The notes below the pieces were generated by a model, which saw only the letters and a list, made by a program, of their open reading frames with translations, searched no databases and was not told the DNA's origin. Of a stretch of 64,000 bases of DNA, positions 37,302 to 49,929 are shown piece after piece. The number at the start of each line of letters is the position of its first letter. The stretch's first letter is position 1. A program made the position numbers and the translations under genes. The stretch is taken from contig CM059432.1 of assembly GCA_030390025.1 (NCBI GenBank), positions 126,296,001 to 126,360,000 on the forward strand, given 5' to 3'. Source of the DNA: Squalus acanthias. Its lineage: Eukaryota.

Positions 37302-40300
37302 ATTATTTTGCTGATGATTGAGAGTAGACTGATGGGGTGGTAATTGGATTTGTCCTCCTTTTTGTAGACAGGACATACCTGGGCAGTTTTCCACATTGTC
37401 GGGTAGATGCCAGTGTTGCAGCTGTACTGGAACAGCTTTGCTAGAGGCGCAGCTAGCTCTGGTGCACAAGTCTTCAGCATGACAGCTGGGATGTTGTTGG
37501 GGCCCATAGCCTTTGCTGTATCCAGTGCGCTCAGCCTGTTTCTTGATATCACATGGAGTGAATCGAATTGGCTAAAGACTGGCTTCTGTGATGGTGAGGA
37601 CCTCAGGAGGAGGGTGAGATAGATCATCCACTCGGCACTACTGGGTGAAGATGGTTGCAAACGCTAGTTTTGTCTTTTGCACTCACGTGCTGGGCTCTGC
37701 GATCATTGAGGATGGGGATATTTATGGAGCCTCCTCCTCCCGTTAGTTGTTTAATGGTCCACCACCATTCACAACTGGATGTGACAGGACTGCAGAGCTT
37801 TGATCTGATCCTGTTGATTTTGGGATGGCTTAGCTGTCTATAGCATGCTGCTTCCGCTTTTTAGCATGCATGTAGTCCTTTGTTGCAGCTTCCCCAGGTT
37901 GGCACCTCATTTTTAGGTACGCCGGGTGCTGCTCCTAGCATGCTCTTCTACACTCTTCATTGAACCAGGGTTGGTCCCCTGGCTTGATGGTAATGGTAGA
38001 GTGAGGGATATGCCGGGCCATGAGGTTACAGATTATGGTGGAATACAATTCTGCTGCTGCTGATGGCCCACAGCACCTCACGGATGCCCAGTTTTGAGCT
38101 GCTAGATCTGTTCTGAATCTGTCCCATTTAGTATGGTGGTAGTGCCACACAACACGATGGAGGGTGTCCTCAGTGTGAAGACAGGATTTCATCTCCACAA
38201 GGACTGTGCGGTGGTCACTGCTACCAATACTGTCATGGACAGATGCATCTGCGACAGGTAGATTGGTGAGGACAAGATCAAGTAGGTTTTTCCCTCGTGT
38301 TGGTTCTCTCACCACCTGCTGCAAGCCCAGTCTGGCAGTTATGTCCTTCAGGACTCGGTCAGCAGAGGTGCAACCGAGCCACTCTTGGTGATGGTCATTG
38401 AAGTCCCACACCCAGAATACATTCTGTACCCTTGCTACCCTCAGTGCTTCTTCCAAGTGGTGTTCAACATGGAGGAGTACTGATTCATCAGCTGAGGATG
38501 GGCGGTAGGTGGTAATCAGCAGGAGGTTTCATTGCCCGTGCTTGACCTGAAACCATGCATCTTCATGGGGTCCGGAGTCAATGTTGCGTACTCCCAGGGC
38601 CACTTCCTCCCGACTGTATATCACTGTGACGCCACTCTGGTGGGTCTGTCCTGCCGGTGGGACTGGACATACCCAGGGATGGTGATGGAGGAGTCTGGGA
38701 CATTGGCTGATAGGTACGATTCTGTGAGTATGACAATGTCAGGCTGTTGCTTGACTAGTCTGTGGGACAGCTCTCCCAATTTTGGTACAAGTCCCCAGAT
38801 AATAGGGAGGACGACTTTGCAGGGTTGACTGGGCTGGGTGCGCCATTGTCGTGTCTGAAACCGGTGCCTAGGTCGATGTCAGGTGGTCCGTCTGGTTTTA
38901 TTCTTATTATTGAGCTGCAGCGAAGGATGCCTCCCCGAAACATTAACCTGTCTTTTCTCTTTTAGGACACTGGTGGACCTGCCATGTATTTCCAATATTT
39001 TTATTGTTTAGTGAGTTCCCTCCTGTGTCTGATGGACCGGAGAAGTCCTTTTTGAGTTATTTGTCTGCCATTATTTTGGTGCAGGCACACCTCAAAGTAA
39101 GAAAGAAGGAACAGAAAGCAATACCACCATAAAAAGTGAAACACATTGTGGTGTCCTTCCATATTCACCTGACAACCAAGATACCTTGGATTTTATTTAA
39201 AATGTTTTAAAAACCCTCTCTTTTTGTAGTTGGAGCTGGATCTGTTGTCTGCCAATCCCTTTCCCCAGTAGCTAATGATTGATTTTGTTCACGCCTGCTT
39301 ATTTTCCAACCTATTAAATGGTGGCTGTTCAGTTGATTCGTTTCCTCTGTGAGACACGATTGGCTAAACAGATGGATATAGGAAAGAAACCAATTGCTCA
39401 GACTCTGCCCAGCCCAAATTCCACTTCAAAAATTAATGTTCATTTTCAGTCTATTCTTCAAATGATTGGTAGATCTCCCATGACCATGTTTCTGAGTAGT
39501 TTGAGTAAGTGTACTGAGCTGATGGCAGTTTCTTGTTTCTCACCGAGGTTGTCTCTCGAGAGCTTCAGTTAACTGTTTGGATAGATATGGGGACTGGGTG
39601 CACTTGGAGCGGGGCGGCGATGGGCTGCGGGCCTGCAAAAGCTACGGGTGAACAGGTTCTGCTAGTGCTGTTAGTGGAACACTACATGGTGTACATTTGT
39701 GGGTTAGACAAGACTTTACCCACATGGTGACTCATGTGTCCATATTGCAGAGCCCAGTAGAAGGGCCATGTCAAGAGGTTTGGGGGTCCCACGGAGAGCT
39801 ACTTTGTAATCCCCTCTCCTTTTCTATTTGAGCTTTTTCCTTATTTCGTTACTCTCTGCCTTTCTGTGTCTCTCACTGTTACTCTCTTACTGTGCCTTTG
39901 TTGTTCTCTCGCTGAGCTGGTGATTTCTCTGTTACTTCAGTGATTTCTGCCAATTGCTGTATTTTGCTCTCACATCTCTGCTACCCCCATTCAGAAAAAT
40001 TCAGGGCAAGAACCACAGGAGCCGTGAACAGAGCTACCACAGAGAGTGGGGAACGGCTGGAGCTGAAAAGTGAAAAGCCTCAGGAGGGGACAAGCGGGAG
40101 ACTACGGAGTTCCCAGAGCCACCAGCTGAGGGCATGGAAGGATAGAGTTGTTGCCATATGTACACCTTTGGTCTGCTGTATAACTGTACGTCCTTGTCAG
40201 GCCTTAGGATGTTGAGCCCCAAGTTAAGTCAGGCCTTGGAGTACAGTAGTGTAGTGGTGTCTGTTAGCATGACCGAGATATCCTTCTCAGAGATTGTCAT

Positions 40301-41479
40301 GTTTAAAGCGTAATCACAACACAATGAAAATGATTAAGGAAACAGCTGTCAGTGGCTGGAAAGCACTCAGATGATGATCTCGGAGGTCATGCCATGAAAA
40401 AAGGATGCTCGATCAAACTCATGAAGGCACTGCAAAACCTCTCTGAAATGTGCAGTTGATGGCAAAGCTGGCACCAGAGTCCAAAGCTCTCTTTTATGGG
40501 AATATCTGAGAGGGAATCCCAACAGTGCAGAACAGCCTAGAACAGGATCAATGCAGGACCCTGTGCTTATCTCTCACAAAACACAGAGGCAAGTTATCAC
40601 CTCCGATGTGCAAGCTTTGATTGGTGGCATTCAGGTCTTCAGTGACAGAATGGAGAGAGCAATATCTACTGGATACCAAGATCTCCAGGGTACTAGTTCA
40701 GAGGGTTAGCAGGATATTGTGTATTCTCTCTCCCAGGATTAAGGGACATAAGTATTTTCATAAGGCTTGTTCTTCTGACGATTAATGGCAACCAATATCC
40801 TCATCCCGTGCCTAGTTGGAGAGCAGGATATGGCTCCAAGCATTCTATCTTCCCTCAGGACAGCAGCACCAGAGTTCTCTCTTCAGTCCCCTCAGAAGCC
40901 TTCACAGGTGGAAAAAGTCAGCAGACTAAGGCTGTAGATATTCCAAACCCAGAGAAGCAGTCTGTCACCCTAAGATTCAGCCACCTCTGTCCCAAGATGC
41001 TCATAAGCATATAGAGCAGCTGTCCACATCTTGGATCACAGGTCCTCAGGCGACACTTAGAATGAGTGTTAGAAAAGAACTGAGGAAAAATTTAAAAGTC
41101 ACAAGGGTAATGATGCGTAGCAGTGAGTCTAGTGACTCCTCAGTTATACAGTTCCGGAAAGCTTATATGGTTTTTGTTGTCGGAGTTATTGTTCATATTT
41201 TTTTTTGTTGTAAATATAAAGTTGTACTGTAATGGAAAAAGATATTTATGGAGTTGGGGACCCCATGGGACATCCACTTTTAATGGTGAATGGAGTGTTT
41301 TGAAGGATTATAGATTTAAATTACGTGGAGCATCCTGCTTATTACAGATGTTGTACAGCTCTATTATGATCAGACATTACTGAAAGACTCTGATGAGTTT
41401 GTCTTGCAGCTCTCTCCAGCAGCTGTTCGTGACCCTGCTTTGTCATCCTCATGTCTCTCTTCTCTCTCAGGAGGTTCAG

Positions 41480-42440
41480 CTTCTCATTCAATTTCCTCGT
41501 CGGGAATCTCAATTTATGGTGCTTCATGAAGAGTGAAACTGTGTAGGACATAACAGGTCAACAAAATTCACAAGACAACACTGGAAGCATACTGGAGGGA
41601 GCCCCCAGGTCTATCTAGGCACCTGAATCTTTCCTTCGGTATGCCAATCGTCTGTCCAATTTTAATTCAAGTGTGATATCAGCCACCTTGTAGTGTTCCT
41701 CTGTTTCATTGGTGGTGCTTCTCAATGGTGTTAGAAACCAAAGTAATACTAGATATCCATTATCTTCAAGAAGCCAGCAAGCACCTTGATTCTGAAAGAG
41801 TGCAGGGACACTGGACGGCTGAAGGATGAATTAATCATGGTAACTCCCTGCATACTGGGCAGTGGCCAGCAGTGCCTGTAGTCGCACACTAATTGGACAT
41901 TAAGGAAGTGAAATCCCTTTCAATTCACATAATTGTGTGGGTTGACAGTAGGGGATCGTAAGGCTATGAGTGCAATATATTGCTCACGCATTTGTGGTAA
42001 CCTAGCACCATGATAAGCTCATGCATTTATCTTGATTCTGCGTCAAATGTAATGAACTGGGCTGCCCTGGCAAACAGAACTTTATTTAACTTGCCTTATG
42101 CAAGAATGAACAGCAAATTGACTGACCTGGCAGACGTTGCCTATTGCCCTTTGGAATGATCCAAGGAAATTAAGCACTATAATGAATTTCTGAACTGCGG
42201 TAAATGCTGCCCTGCTTCTTGAGGAAGTTTGCAGCTCTCCCTGTAGGATGGAGCAGGTCTTCTGGGCTGATATACATCCTCCTTGTGCATAACTCCAGCG
42301 AGATATTCAACTAAGATCTTCTGGGTCAGTATAGCCTGGTAGCTGGTTATCCGTGAGACATTCTGGACCTCCTGCAACGCTGCTTTATGAGCCAGGCAAC
42401 CTGGCTTCTATGCGGTTCCTCCTCCTCTGCCTCTCACAAG
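41480..42440 (-). pseudogene. Decayed Harbinger (HARBI1-like) DDE transposase
   Basis: My manual minus-strand translation gives, in order: LNFLGSFQRAIGNVCQVSQFAVHSCIRQV, GAIYCTH, YVN*KGFHFLNVQLVCD, AQYAGSYHD*FIL, WLLEDNGY, IGQTIGIPKERFRCLDRPGGSLQY. These correspond to the Harbinger transposase motif series. Confidence 0.85.
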
Positions 42441-42759
42441 CTATATATAAAGAGGAGAGTTCCCATTGGGAAACCCATGCTTGCAGCCTTGCACAATGTT
42501 TTAGGGAAATTCCCCAAACTAAAAACATTCTTGAGAGAATTTTTTAAATGAAGCTAGGAGCCTGAAAAATTAAGTTCAAAACCATTTTACAAAAAAAAGC
42601 ACTCCAAAGTAATAACTCTATATATTACACACTGCAATTCACCTTTAAAAATCTAGCATAAACTTTTCTCTGCTGTTGCTCTAAGAGTCCCTTGTTTTAT
42701 GATGGCTTATCTTAGGGTATAAAAGACACAATTGAGGACAGCTGACATCATCCAAAGGC

Positions 42760-44420
42760 AACAACAATTTGCATTTATATAAGGTCTTTAACGTAGAAAA
42801 AAAAGAGGTGTAAGGAAAAAATGGACACCAAACCACAGGAGGAGATATTAAGAGGGGTGACCAAAAGCTTGGTTGAAGAGGTGGGTTTTAAGGATGGTCT
42901 TAAAAGGAGGAGGTGGAGGGATTTAGGGAGGGAATTCCAGAGTGTGGGGCCTAGGCGGCTGAAGGCATGGCTGCCAATGGCCAATGGTGGGGCGAAGGGA
43001 GGGGGGTACACAAGAGGCCAGTCAAAGGAATGGCGAGTTGTAGGGCTGGATGAAGAGGATGGCATAAGGCCATGAAGGGATTTAAACAGGAGGATAAGAA
43101 TTTTAATTTGAGGCATTGGGGGACTTGGAGCCAATGTAGGTCAGCAAGGACAGGAGTAATGGGTGAGCATCACTTGCTGTGGGATACGTTATGGGCAACA
43201 AAGTTTAGCATGAGCTGAACTATACAGAGTGAAGGATTGGCCAGCTAGTAAGGCACTAGAATCTCTGAGTCTGGAGGTAATAAATGTATGGATGAGGGTT
43301 TCAGCAGCAGATGAACGGAGGTAGGGGTGGGGGTGGAAGTAGGCATCGCATGGGGCCAGGAAGGAAAATTGGGTGCTCAGCAGTTCATGGCAATGAGTTC
43401 AAGGGAGTAGGAAGTGGGTCTCATGGATGTAATGAGCTCGGAGAAGGTATTAGGGGAGATAGGAGAGATGTGGGATCAGGGCTACGGCAGGAGAGAGGCT
43501 TGGTGGCAAAGGAGAAGGATGAAAGCAGCAGATGCAACTCAACCAATGGCCTCTTAGTGACAAAGAAGTTATGAGCTCCTCACATTCGTTTTTGGAAGTG
43601 AGGGAGGAGAGGGCAGGGGAGAGGGGCTTAAAGAGCCATTCGATAGTGGAGAAGAGAAGCTCTGTGCTCGCTTAGATGATCCTAGAGTAGTGGGTGGTTT
43701 AGCAGAGGAGCGTGAGACCCAATAGCACTTGATATAGTGGAGCCAGATCTAGTAATGGATGACTTAACCAGTTGTGTGCCAAATATGCTCAAGTCTGCAC
43801 CCCTTGGACTTGAGCGAGCAAAGATGGGGGTTCATACCATGTGGAACAACCAGAATGTGAGAGAGTAAAAGTTTTGCTGAGAACAAGGACATCAAAGGTG
43901 GAGGTGAGGGAGTAGTTGAGCAAATTGAGAGCTGCAAAACTATTGTGGTGAATGGAAGGCCAAAGGCTAGGGAGTTTGAAAATGATGTTGTAAATAACTT
44001 GTAGCAGAATTTTTCCCAGGGATGGATGCAGAAGGAACTGGGATTAGAAAGGAGTAGGGGGATGTTGGTGGTGAGGGATGCAAGGAAGTGTTTGGACATG
44101 GCCTTGTCGTGACCAAGACCATGGGAGATAGCAAGGTCGAAGCGGTGGCTGTGAATATGGGTCACAGAGTTTATATGGAGAGAGAGATATAGCGAGAACA
44201 GATGGGCAGTGAAATCAGAGGAGAGGGGGCAAGGTGAGCTGAGATGAAGATTGAAATCACTGAGGATGAGGAGTCGCGCAAAGCAGAGGTTGAGGGAAGA
44301 AAGGCAAGAGTATATCTTGGGGAGAAACTCAAGGTGGGTTTGGGGGTGGGGGTAAGCAGTAAACAATGAGAATTTTAAAAGGAGAGGTGAGAAGGGTGGA
44401 AACAAGGTGAGACTTTCAAA
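42760..44420 (-). mobile_element. L2 LINE remnant (3' end plus endonuclease region, large internal deletion)
   Basis: L2 tail at 42760, AFSRLGPTLWNSLP, and ORF 43764-44405 with LILSDFNLH and THIHSHRFDLAIS (EN). Confidence 0.8.
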
Positions 44421-44546
44421 GGAGCAGCAAGTTCTAAACCCTTCATTTGATTGGCTGCATTCTTGCTAGGGCAATGCATCTTCCTCTTGCCTTCATTTCC
44501 GCTGGAACCTAAATGTGGCATAAACCCAGTGGTTTTTGCACACAAT

Positions 44547-45290
44547 GGGCCGAAAATTGATCCCGGGACGCGAGAGTACGCACTGCATACTCTCGCGTAT
44601 TCCCACTCCAATTGCCGGTTTTCTGCATGCCCTGCGCATGCGCTGAAAACCGGCAATTGCTCTTCCGAAAAGGGGGCGGGGCCTGGGTGCATCGCGTGCG
44701 CGCTACAGGCTGCGCGCACGCTGTGCACTTCATGCTTTGGACGCGCAGGTAAGTAGGGCAGATTTTGGAAATGTAAAAAGGAGGAGTAAGACCCGCTTTT
44801 AAGAAGGTAAGTAGTGAATTAAGTATTTTTTTGAATTTTTTTTTACAGGTATATCTTTTTTATAGACTTTAAAGACAGGTAAGTTTATTTTTATAACTTT
44901 TTAAAAGATTTTAAATTTTTTCAAAAATTTAATTTTTTATTTAAAATGGTTAATTTAATTAACTATACTTATTTTATTAATGTGATGGTTTTTAAAAAAA
45001 ATTTAATTGAGGTTTAGCTGTTATTTTGGGGGGGCGTAAGATTCATAAGTCTCACAGCCATGCTGTGAGACTTATGAATGGAAGATGGTGTGCTGCCATT
45101 GGCTCTAACTGAGTCACATGATCCCACAGCTCGCACGAATTCACTACGCCGCTGGGATACGCAAGCCCAGCACAGCTGATGTCTGGAACATCAAGTTCGT
45201 GCGAGCTGGATCAGAAAAAGCATAAGCGAGGTGAGACATCGCGGGGAAGGCTTACCCCCGCGGGAACAGAGCGAGATCAATTTCTGGGCC
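44547..45290. mobile_element. MITE-like element with TIRs, internal hairpins and AT-rich core
   Basis: Ends gggccgaaaattgatc / gatcaatttctgggcc. Hairpins at 44568-44598, 44609-44659 and 45041-45079. Confidence 0.7.
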
Positions 45291-45852
45291 ATTGTAAATC
45301 TTGCATGGATTACTCTAGTGCAATGATGTGAATAGTATTTTGTGCCAGGAACCAGTGCAAGAACAAGACTCCTTTGGAATTTCCCTAGCACTAGACTAGG
45401 AAGCTGTCACTGGGACACGCTAATCGGGTTCGAACCTCTCGATAAAAGTAAACTGGCCTCAACTCCATGCAAAATCAATTTGAAATGCTCTCAAAACATC
45501 TGTGCCCATGATTCCTCACAGAGTAAGCACCTAGCAGTACCACAGTATCCAGACATTTTGTTTTCACCTATGTTTAAACAGGATAATCTACAGAAAAGCA
45601 GGAGCCAAGTAAAAGGAAAAAATGACAGCGTACGGAAAAACTTGGATCACGATGTGGAAGCACTTACAGTGCAGTGTTTATACAACACTCCTTCTGGGAG
45701 AGGAAATGGTCTGGACTCAGCTGGTTACACAAGCTGCAAACTGAGCCCACATCACTTCATTATATGCGGAGGACCCTTAAAGGGATATTGGCACTGTGTT
45801 TTTGTACACACAATGATGAGATTGGTGGTTTGTTAACATCACAGTAGTTACC

Positions 45853-46322
45853 GTCAGCCGTGGCTCAGTGGGTAGCACCCTCGCCTCTGAGTCAGAAGGT
45901 TGTGGGTTCAAGTCCCACTCCAGGGACTTGAGCACATAAAGCTAGGCTGACACTCCAGTGCAGTGCTGAGGGAGCGCTACACTGTCGGAGGTGCCGTCTT
46001 TCAGATGAGACGTTAAACCGAGGCCCCGTCTGCTCTCTCAGGTGGATGTAAAAGATCCTCTGGCACTATTTCGAAGAAGAGCAGGGAGTTATCCCCGGTG
46101 TCCCTGGCCAATACTTATCCCTCAATCAACAACACTAAAAACCAGATTATCTGGTCATTATCACGTTGCTCGTTGTGAGAGCTTGTTGTGCGCAAATTGG
46201 CTGCTGCGTTTCCTACATTATAACAGTGACTACACTCCAAAAATACTTCATTGGTTGTAAAGCGCTTTGGGACGTGTGGTGATCGTGAAAGGCGTTATAT
46301 AAATGCAAGTCTGTCTTTTTTT
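45853..46322 (+). mobile_element. tRNA-derived Deu-domain SINE (SacSINE1/DeuSINE-like) with L2-type tail
   Basis: A box tggctcagtgg (45861), B box ggttcaagtcc (45905), central block gatgagacgttaaaccgaggccccgtctg...gtaaaagatcc, and tail aaagcgctttgggacg...tatataaatgcaagtc. Confidence 0.82.
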
Positions 46323-48224
46323 GGCCTATTATTACACATATTCTTTACTTTAACTGCATTTGCAGAATAAAATAAACTGGAATAAAACATATGAAAATCA
46401 GAATCTACAGCAGATAATAACATTTTCTAAGAACACACGTTTCCCCAATATCTAACGTGGAGTTCTCCAAAGAGAATGTTCTCAGCTGTAGCAAGGTAAC
46501 TTTCAAGGTTGAAGCAACTACTGCTACTTGGTACTGATTCCAAGTACAGAGCTATCGAGTGTACAGACTAAGCAATTACCTGTACCTATGTATACGTGTG
46601 TACATTGTGAGAGCTGGGGAGCAAGCATGGACTGAGGCAGCAGGCTCACGTACACCGTGTTCTCATGTACAGCCAGGCTTCTCCTGAAAGGATCAGAAAG
46701 ATAAAACACTGCTTGTCCCAGGAAATGAGCCTGCCCGCAAGAACAATCTGAATCGCTACTTCTGTGAAAACCAGCATGGAAGAGAGAGTAAATGTGCCAT
46801 GTGCCCTGTGGCACTTACTACTGTGGAAATGTAAAAAGAAATCATAAAGGATGAAAAAACATAGACTATAATGACAAAGCTTTGTGATATAATGAAGCAG
46901 AAAACAGGGTAAAGGCATCAGGACTGATGTCCGAGCCCTTTTAATCCTACATTTCCGCATCTTGTTCACATACCTTTGCTCTGAACAGGATTCTGATGGA
47001 CAGCGGAGAAGAATAACTGTCCTTTTAAAATATAAATACAAGTTGTTGTTGTTACTCAACCTACTTCAGAACAACCTGCTCAGGTGAAATCTCTGTGTTG
47101 CTGTGGATCTCCCTAGGTAAAAACAGGAAGTCTGGTGGGGGTCTCAACCATCTTGAGACGTTTCACTTCGAGATGACCTAGTGGTGATCTGAACTGCCCT
47201 TAGAGAAGGTTTGGCAGCGAGGTCTAATGGGATTTTACTTCAAATGAGACAGGCCCGGTTGATTGTGAGGCCTAACTTAGTTGAGGAAAGCCATCAATCA
47301 TTCTGAAACTGAAAACAGAAGATTGTGTGACTCATTATAATCAGAACAGGTCAAGATTTTGTCCATTGATTAAATATCAAATTAAAACTTGCCAACAAAG
47401 TTGCACACGTGTTTTGTTAGGACATTAGCATAAATTACTACCTTATCTCCGCAATCTGGGTTTGGATAGAGTCAAAGATATCATTAAGAGGCAGATGAGT
47501 CCAATGCAAAGTGCCAATTTGGAGTGCAAGGACTGGTAATTACTCTGACTGATTTGACTTAGTCTTGGTGGGATTTATGAATTCTTAGTTAAGCCACTAC
47601 ACAAGAGCACCATATGGGAAGGAAAAACCGATGAATTATCTTTTGCTCTATTTAAATTGCATCTCCAAACATGGAGCAGCATTAATGAAACTCACAGGAA
47701 AGTACGTAGCCGTGACTCTCCCTCACCCTCCCAGCTGGGAAAGTGAGGGGTGGAATAAAAATTTTAAACAAAGAGATAAGCACCATTAAAACAATGAACA
47801 TTACATGGGTCAAAATAATCTTTCTGACTGAATTACTGGCACAGCTGTGCATTCTGTAAAAAAAAGAGAAGGAAACACTAAATAATCTACTGTACAAATA
47901 GGTCACACAGAGCCGATTTACGGAGGATCCCACTTCTAAGGCACAGTTGCCGCTCAGTATTTAGCATGGGAGATTAAAACATCTGTCGGGAACAGACTAT
48001 ACAAGTCTTCAGTCTGTGATTGCATGTTTTGGTACAATGCGCTTTGGCAAAAAATCTACAATTCCCTTGTCACAGCTGAGATAATCAGTCTCTTAATCTG
48101 CCCATAAGCTTTAAAAAAAAATCTTACTGCAATCACCATGAAGCCGAAGCCAAATGGCAATTTTACTAAACTTTTCAATAAAGAGCCAGCATGAGCAAAT
48201 CTTGTTATATCATGCGCTGATTAC

Positions 48225-48530
48225 TTCGCCAGCACCTCCCTCTCCCGTGACCTCTACCACCGAGGACAAACGCAGCAATGTCATGGGAACACCATCAACT
48301 CCAAGTTCCCCTCCAAGCCACACACCATCCTGACTTGGACATACATCACCATTCCTTCCTCGTCACTGGGTCAATATCTTGGAATGCGTTACCTAACACC
48401 TTGTGGGAGCACCATCAACACAAGGATTGCAGCGGTTCTAGAGATGGCTCACCACCATCTTCATAGGGAAATTAAGGACGGGCAGAAAATGCAGCCTTGC
48501 CAGCATTGCCCACATCTCAAATATAAATAA
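48225..48530 (+). mobile_element. 3' fragment of the LINE family at 35819-38910
   Basis: HHQLQVPLQATHHPDLDI peptide and tail gccttgccagcattgcccacatc. Confidence 0.75.
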
Positions 48531-48859
48531 TTTTTAAAAAATGATACAAGCTACCTCTTACAGTACATCATCCCCAAGGTTTTGGCTGAGGTTCCATTAA
48601 GGTAATTCAACCATCTCAAAACTCAATGCTTTAAACTGTAGATAAAAACTATCGTCAGGAATTTCCTTGGGACTTCTCCACAGCCATAACTTTGGTAACT
48701 GTAACTGTTTACACTCTCAGTACTGAGGAAATTCCTTGCAAATGACACTTTGCTGGTCTTTACAGACATATAACAAGGTTGGGCTATATTTCTTGTATTG
48801 GGGGAAGACATTGAGCCCCTCTCTGACCAGTAGTATCTAAATTTGTAATAAGAAACTCA

Positions 48860-49020
48860 GTGAACTTTCACCTGGAGTTTCCACGGGAGTTCTGTAACTG
48901 CAGTGAAAGATCGGCGAAAACCCTGGAGAAATGGTGGAAACAGCTGTTCCCGCCGTTTCTCCGGAGTTTCCACTGAAGTTACGGTGAACGATCAGAAAAC
49001 CCCCCGCAGAAATTCTACTC
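48860..49020. repeat. Small palindromic MITE-like repeat
   Basis: Central inverted repeat ggagaaatggtggaaacagctgttcccgccgtttctcc; ends in aaattctactc. Confidence 0.45.
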
Positions 49021-49042
49021 CTTTATGTTCAACAGAGTCATG

Positions 49043-49699
49043 GGGCTGGATTTTCATTGACCCGTGGAGGTGGGTTTGGAGGCGTGTGGGGGGTTAAAAT
49101 TGCGAAAACTGGCGGGTGGGCACAAGCCCGCCTCCACGCAATTTTCATTAAATCGTGTCTGCTGGTCGCGACTCCGTCCCGCCTCTAAGAGGTGGGATAG
49201 GCTGTTAAGGCCCTTAACAAGCACTAAATTGCCTCTATAATGCCATTTTGAAAGGCCTTTGTGAGTTTAACCCTTTTTCTACGTGAAGCACGCCTGTTCT
49301 GAAGCATGAATGTGAAACCTGGCGGGAGCACATTTATTTGGCTGGCTGGCTATGGGGATGCATATATGGATGGATGGGGAGGAGACATATCTGGGAGTGG
49401 TGGTGTAAAAATATCTGGGAGCAGACTTAGGGCTGCTGCTGCTCATTTTGCATCCAGGTCCTCTCACAGCAAAGGCCAGGCAGTCTCTGAAGACCTTCAA
49501 TGCAGCAGCAATGATGACATCATCAGAGGTGACTTTCAGACTGAAAACACTAATTGGTTCATGGGTTCCCACATGCTGGAACTCAATTGCCCAATTAGGT
49601 GAAAATTGCATCAATCTCCCACATCCAATTGCAGTTGGGTGGATAACACGAAAAGTGGATAACACAACCCCAACCCGCCCCAGTATCAAAATCCAGCCC
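49043..49699. mobile_element. Harbinger-type MITE
   Basis: Perfect 12-bp TIR GGGCTGGATTTT / AAAATCCAGCCC, identical to the right TIR of 62173-63926. Flanks ATG/ATA (imperfect 3-bp TSD). Confidence 0.8.
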
Positions 49700-49929
49700 A
49701 TAGCATTGATAACAATCCCCGCACGGCGGGCAGGAGAGGGCCAGGGGGGGGGGGGGGAAGAGAGAGTTAAATACGGGTCCCCAAACAGCCGTGCACGTGC
49801 CCAACACCATTTTTAGGGCAGCGGATATGGTAGCTGCCGGATCCACAAGGGAAGTGGCTTTTTCAGCACTCCTGGTGGGTCAGGAGGAGTAGGAACACCT
49901 CCCCCGGCCCCTCAAAGCCGCCTTCAGCC

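Larger units (their letters stand above)
35819..38910 (-). mobile_element. Non-LTR LINE (EN + RT; CR1/L2-group family distinct from the CR1 copies above), poly(A)-tailed
   Basis: EN (WDFN, EPTRGKNLLDLVLTN, SSDH), RT (YHPISLLS, QFGF, ALDVKAAFDRVWH), and C-terminal IYKAQVRSVM. AATAAA at 35873-35878 (minus) and A-tail at 35819-35829. Clade name not certain. Confidence 0.88.

Noticed and set aside
45342..45836. 164-aa plus-strand ORF
   Set aside because: Non-ATG start, no recognisable motifs, lies between two repeats.
45853..45925. tRNA gene
   Set aside because: The A and B boxes belong to a SINE head that continues into a Deu domain and L2-type tail. No complete cloverleaf is evident.
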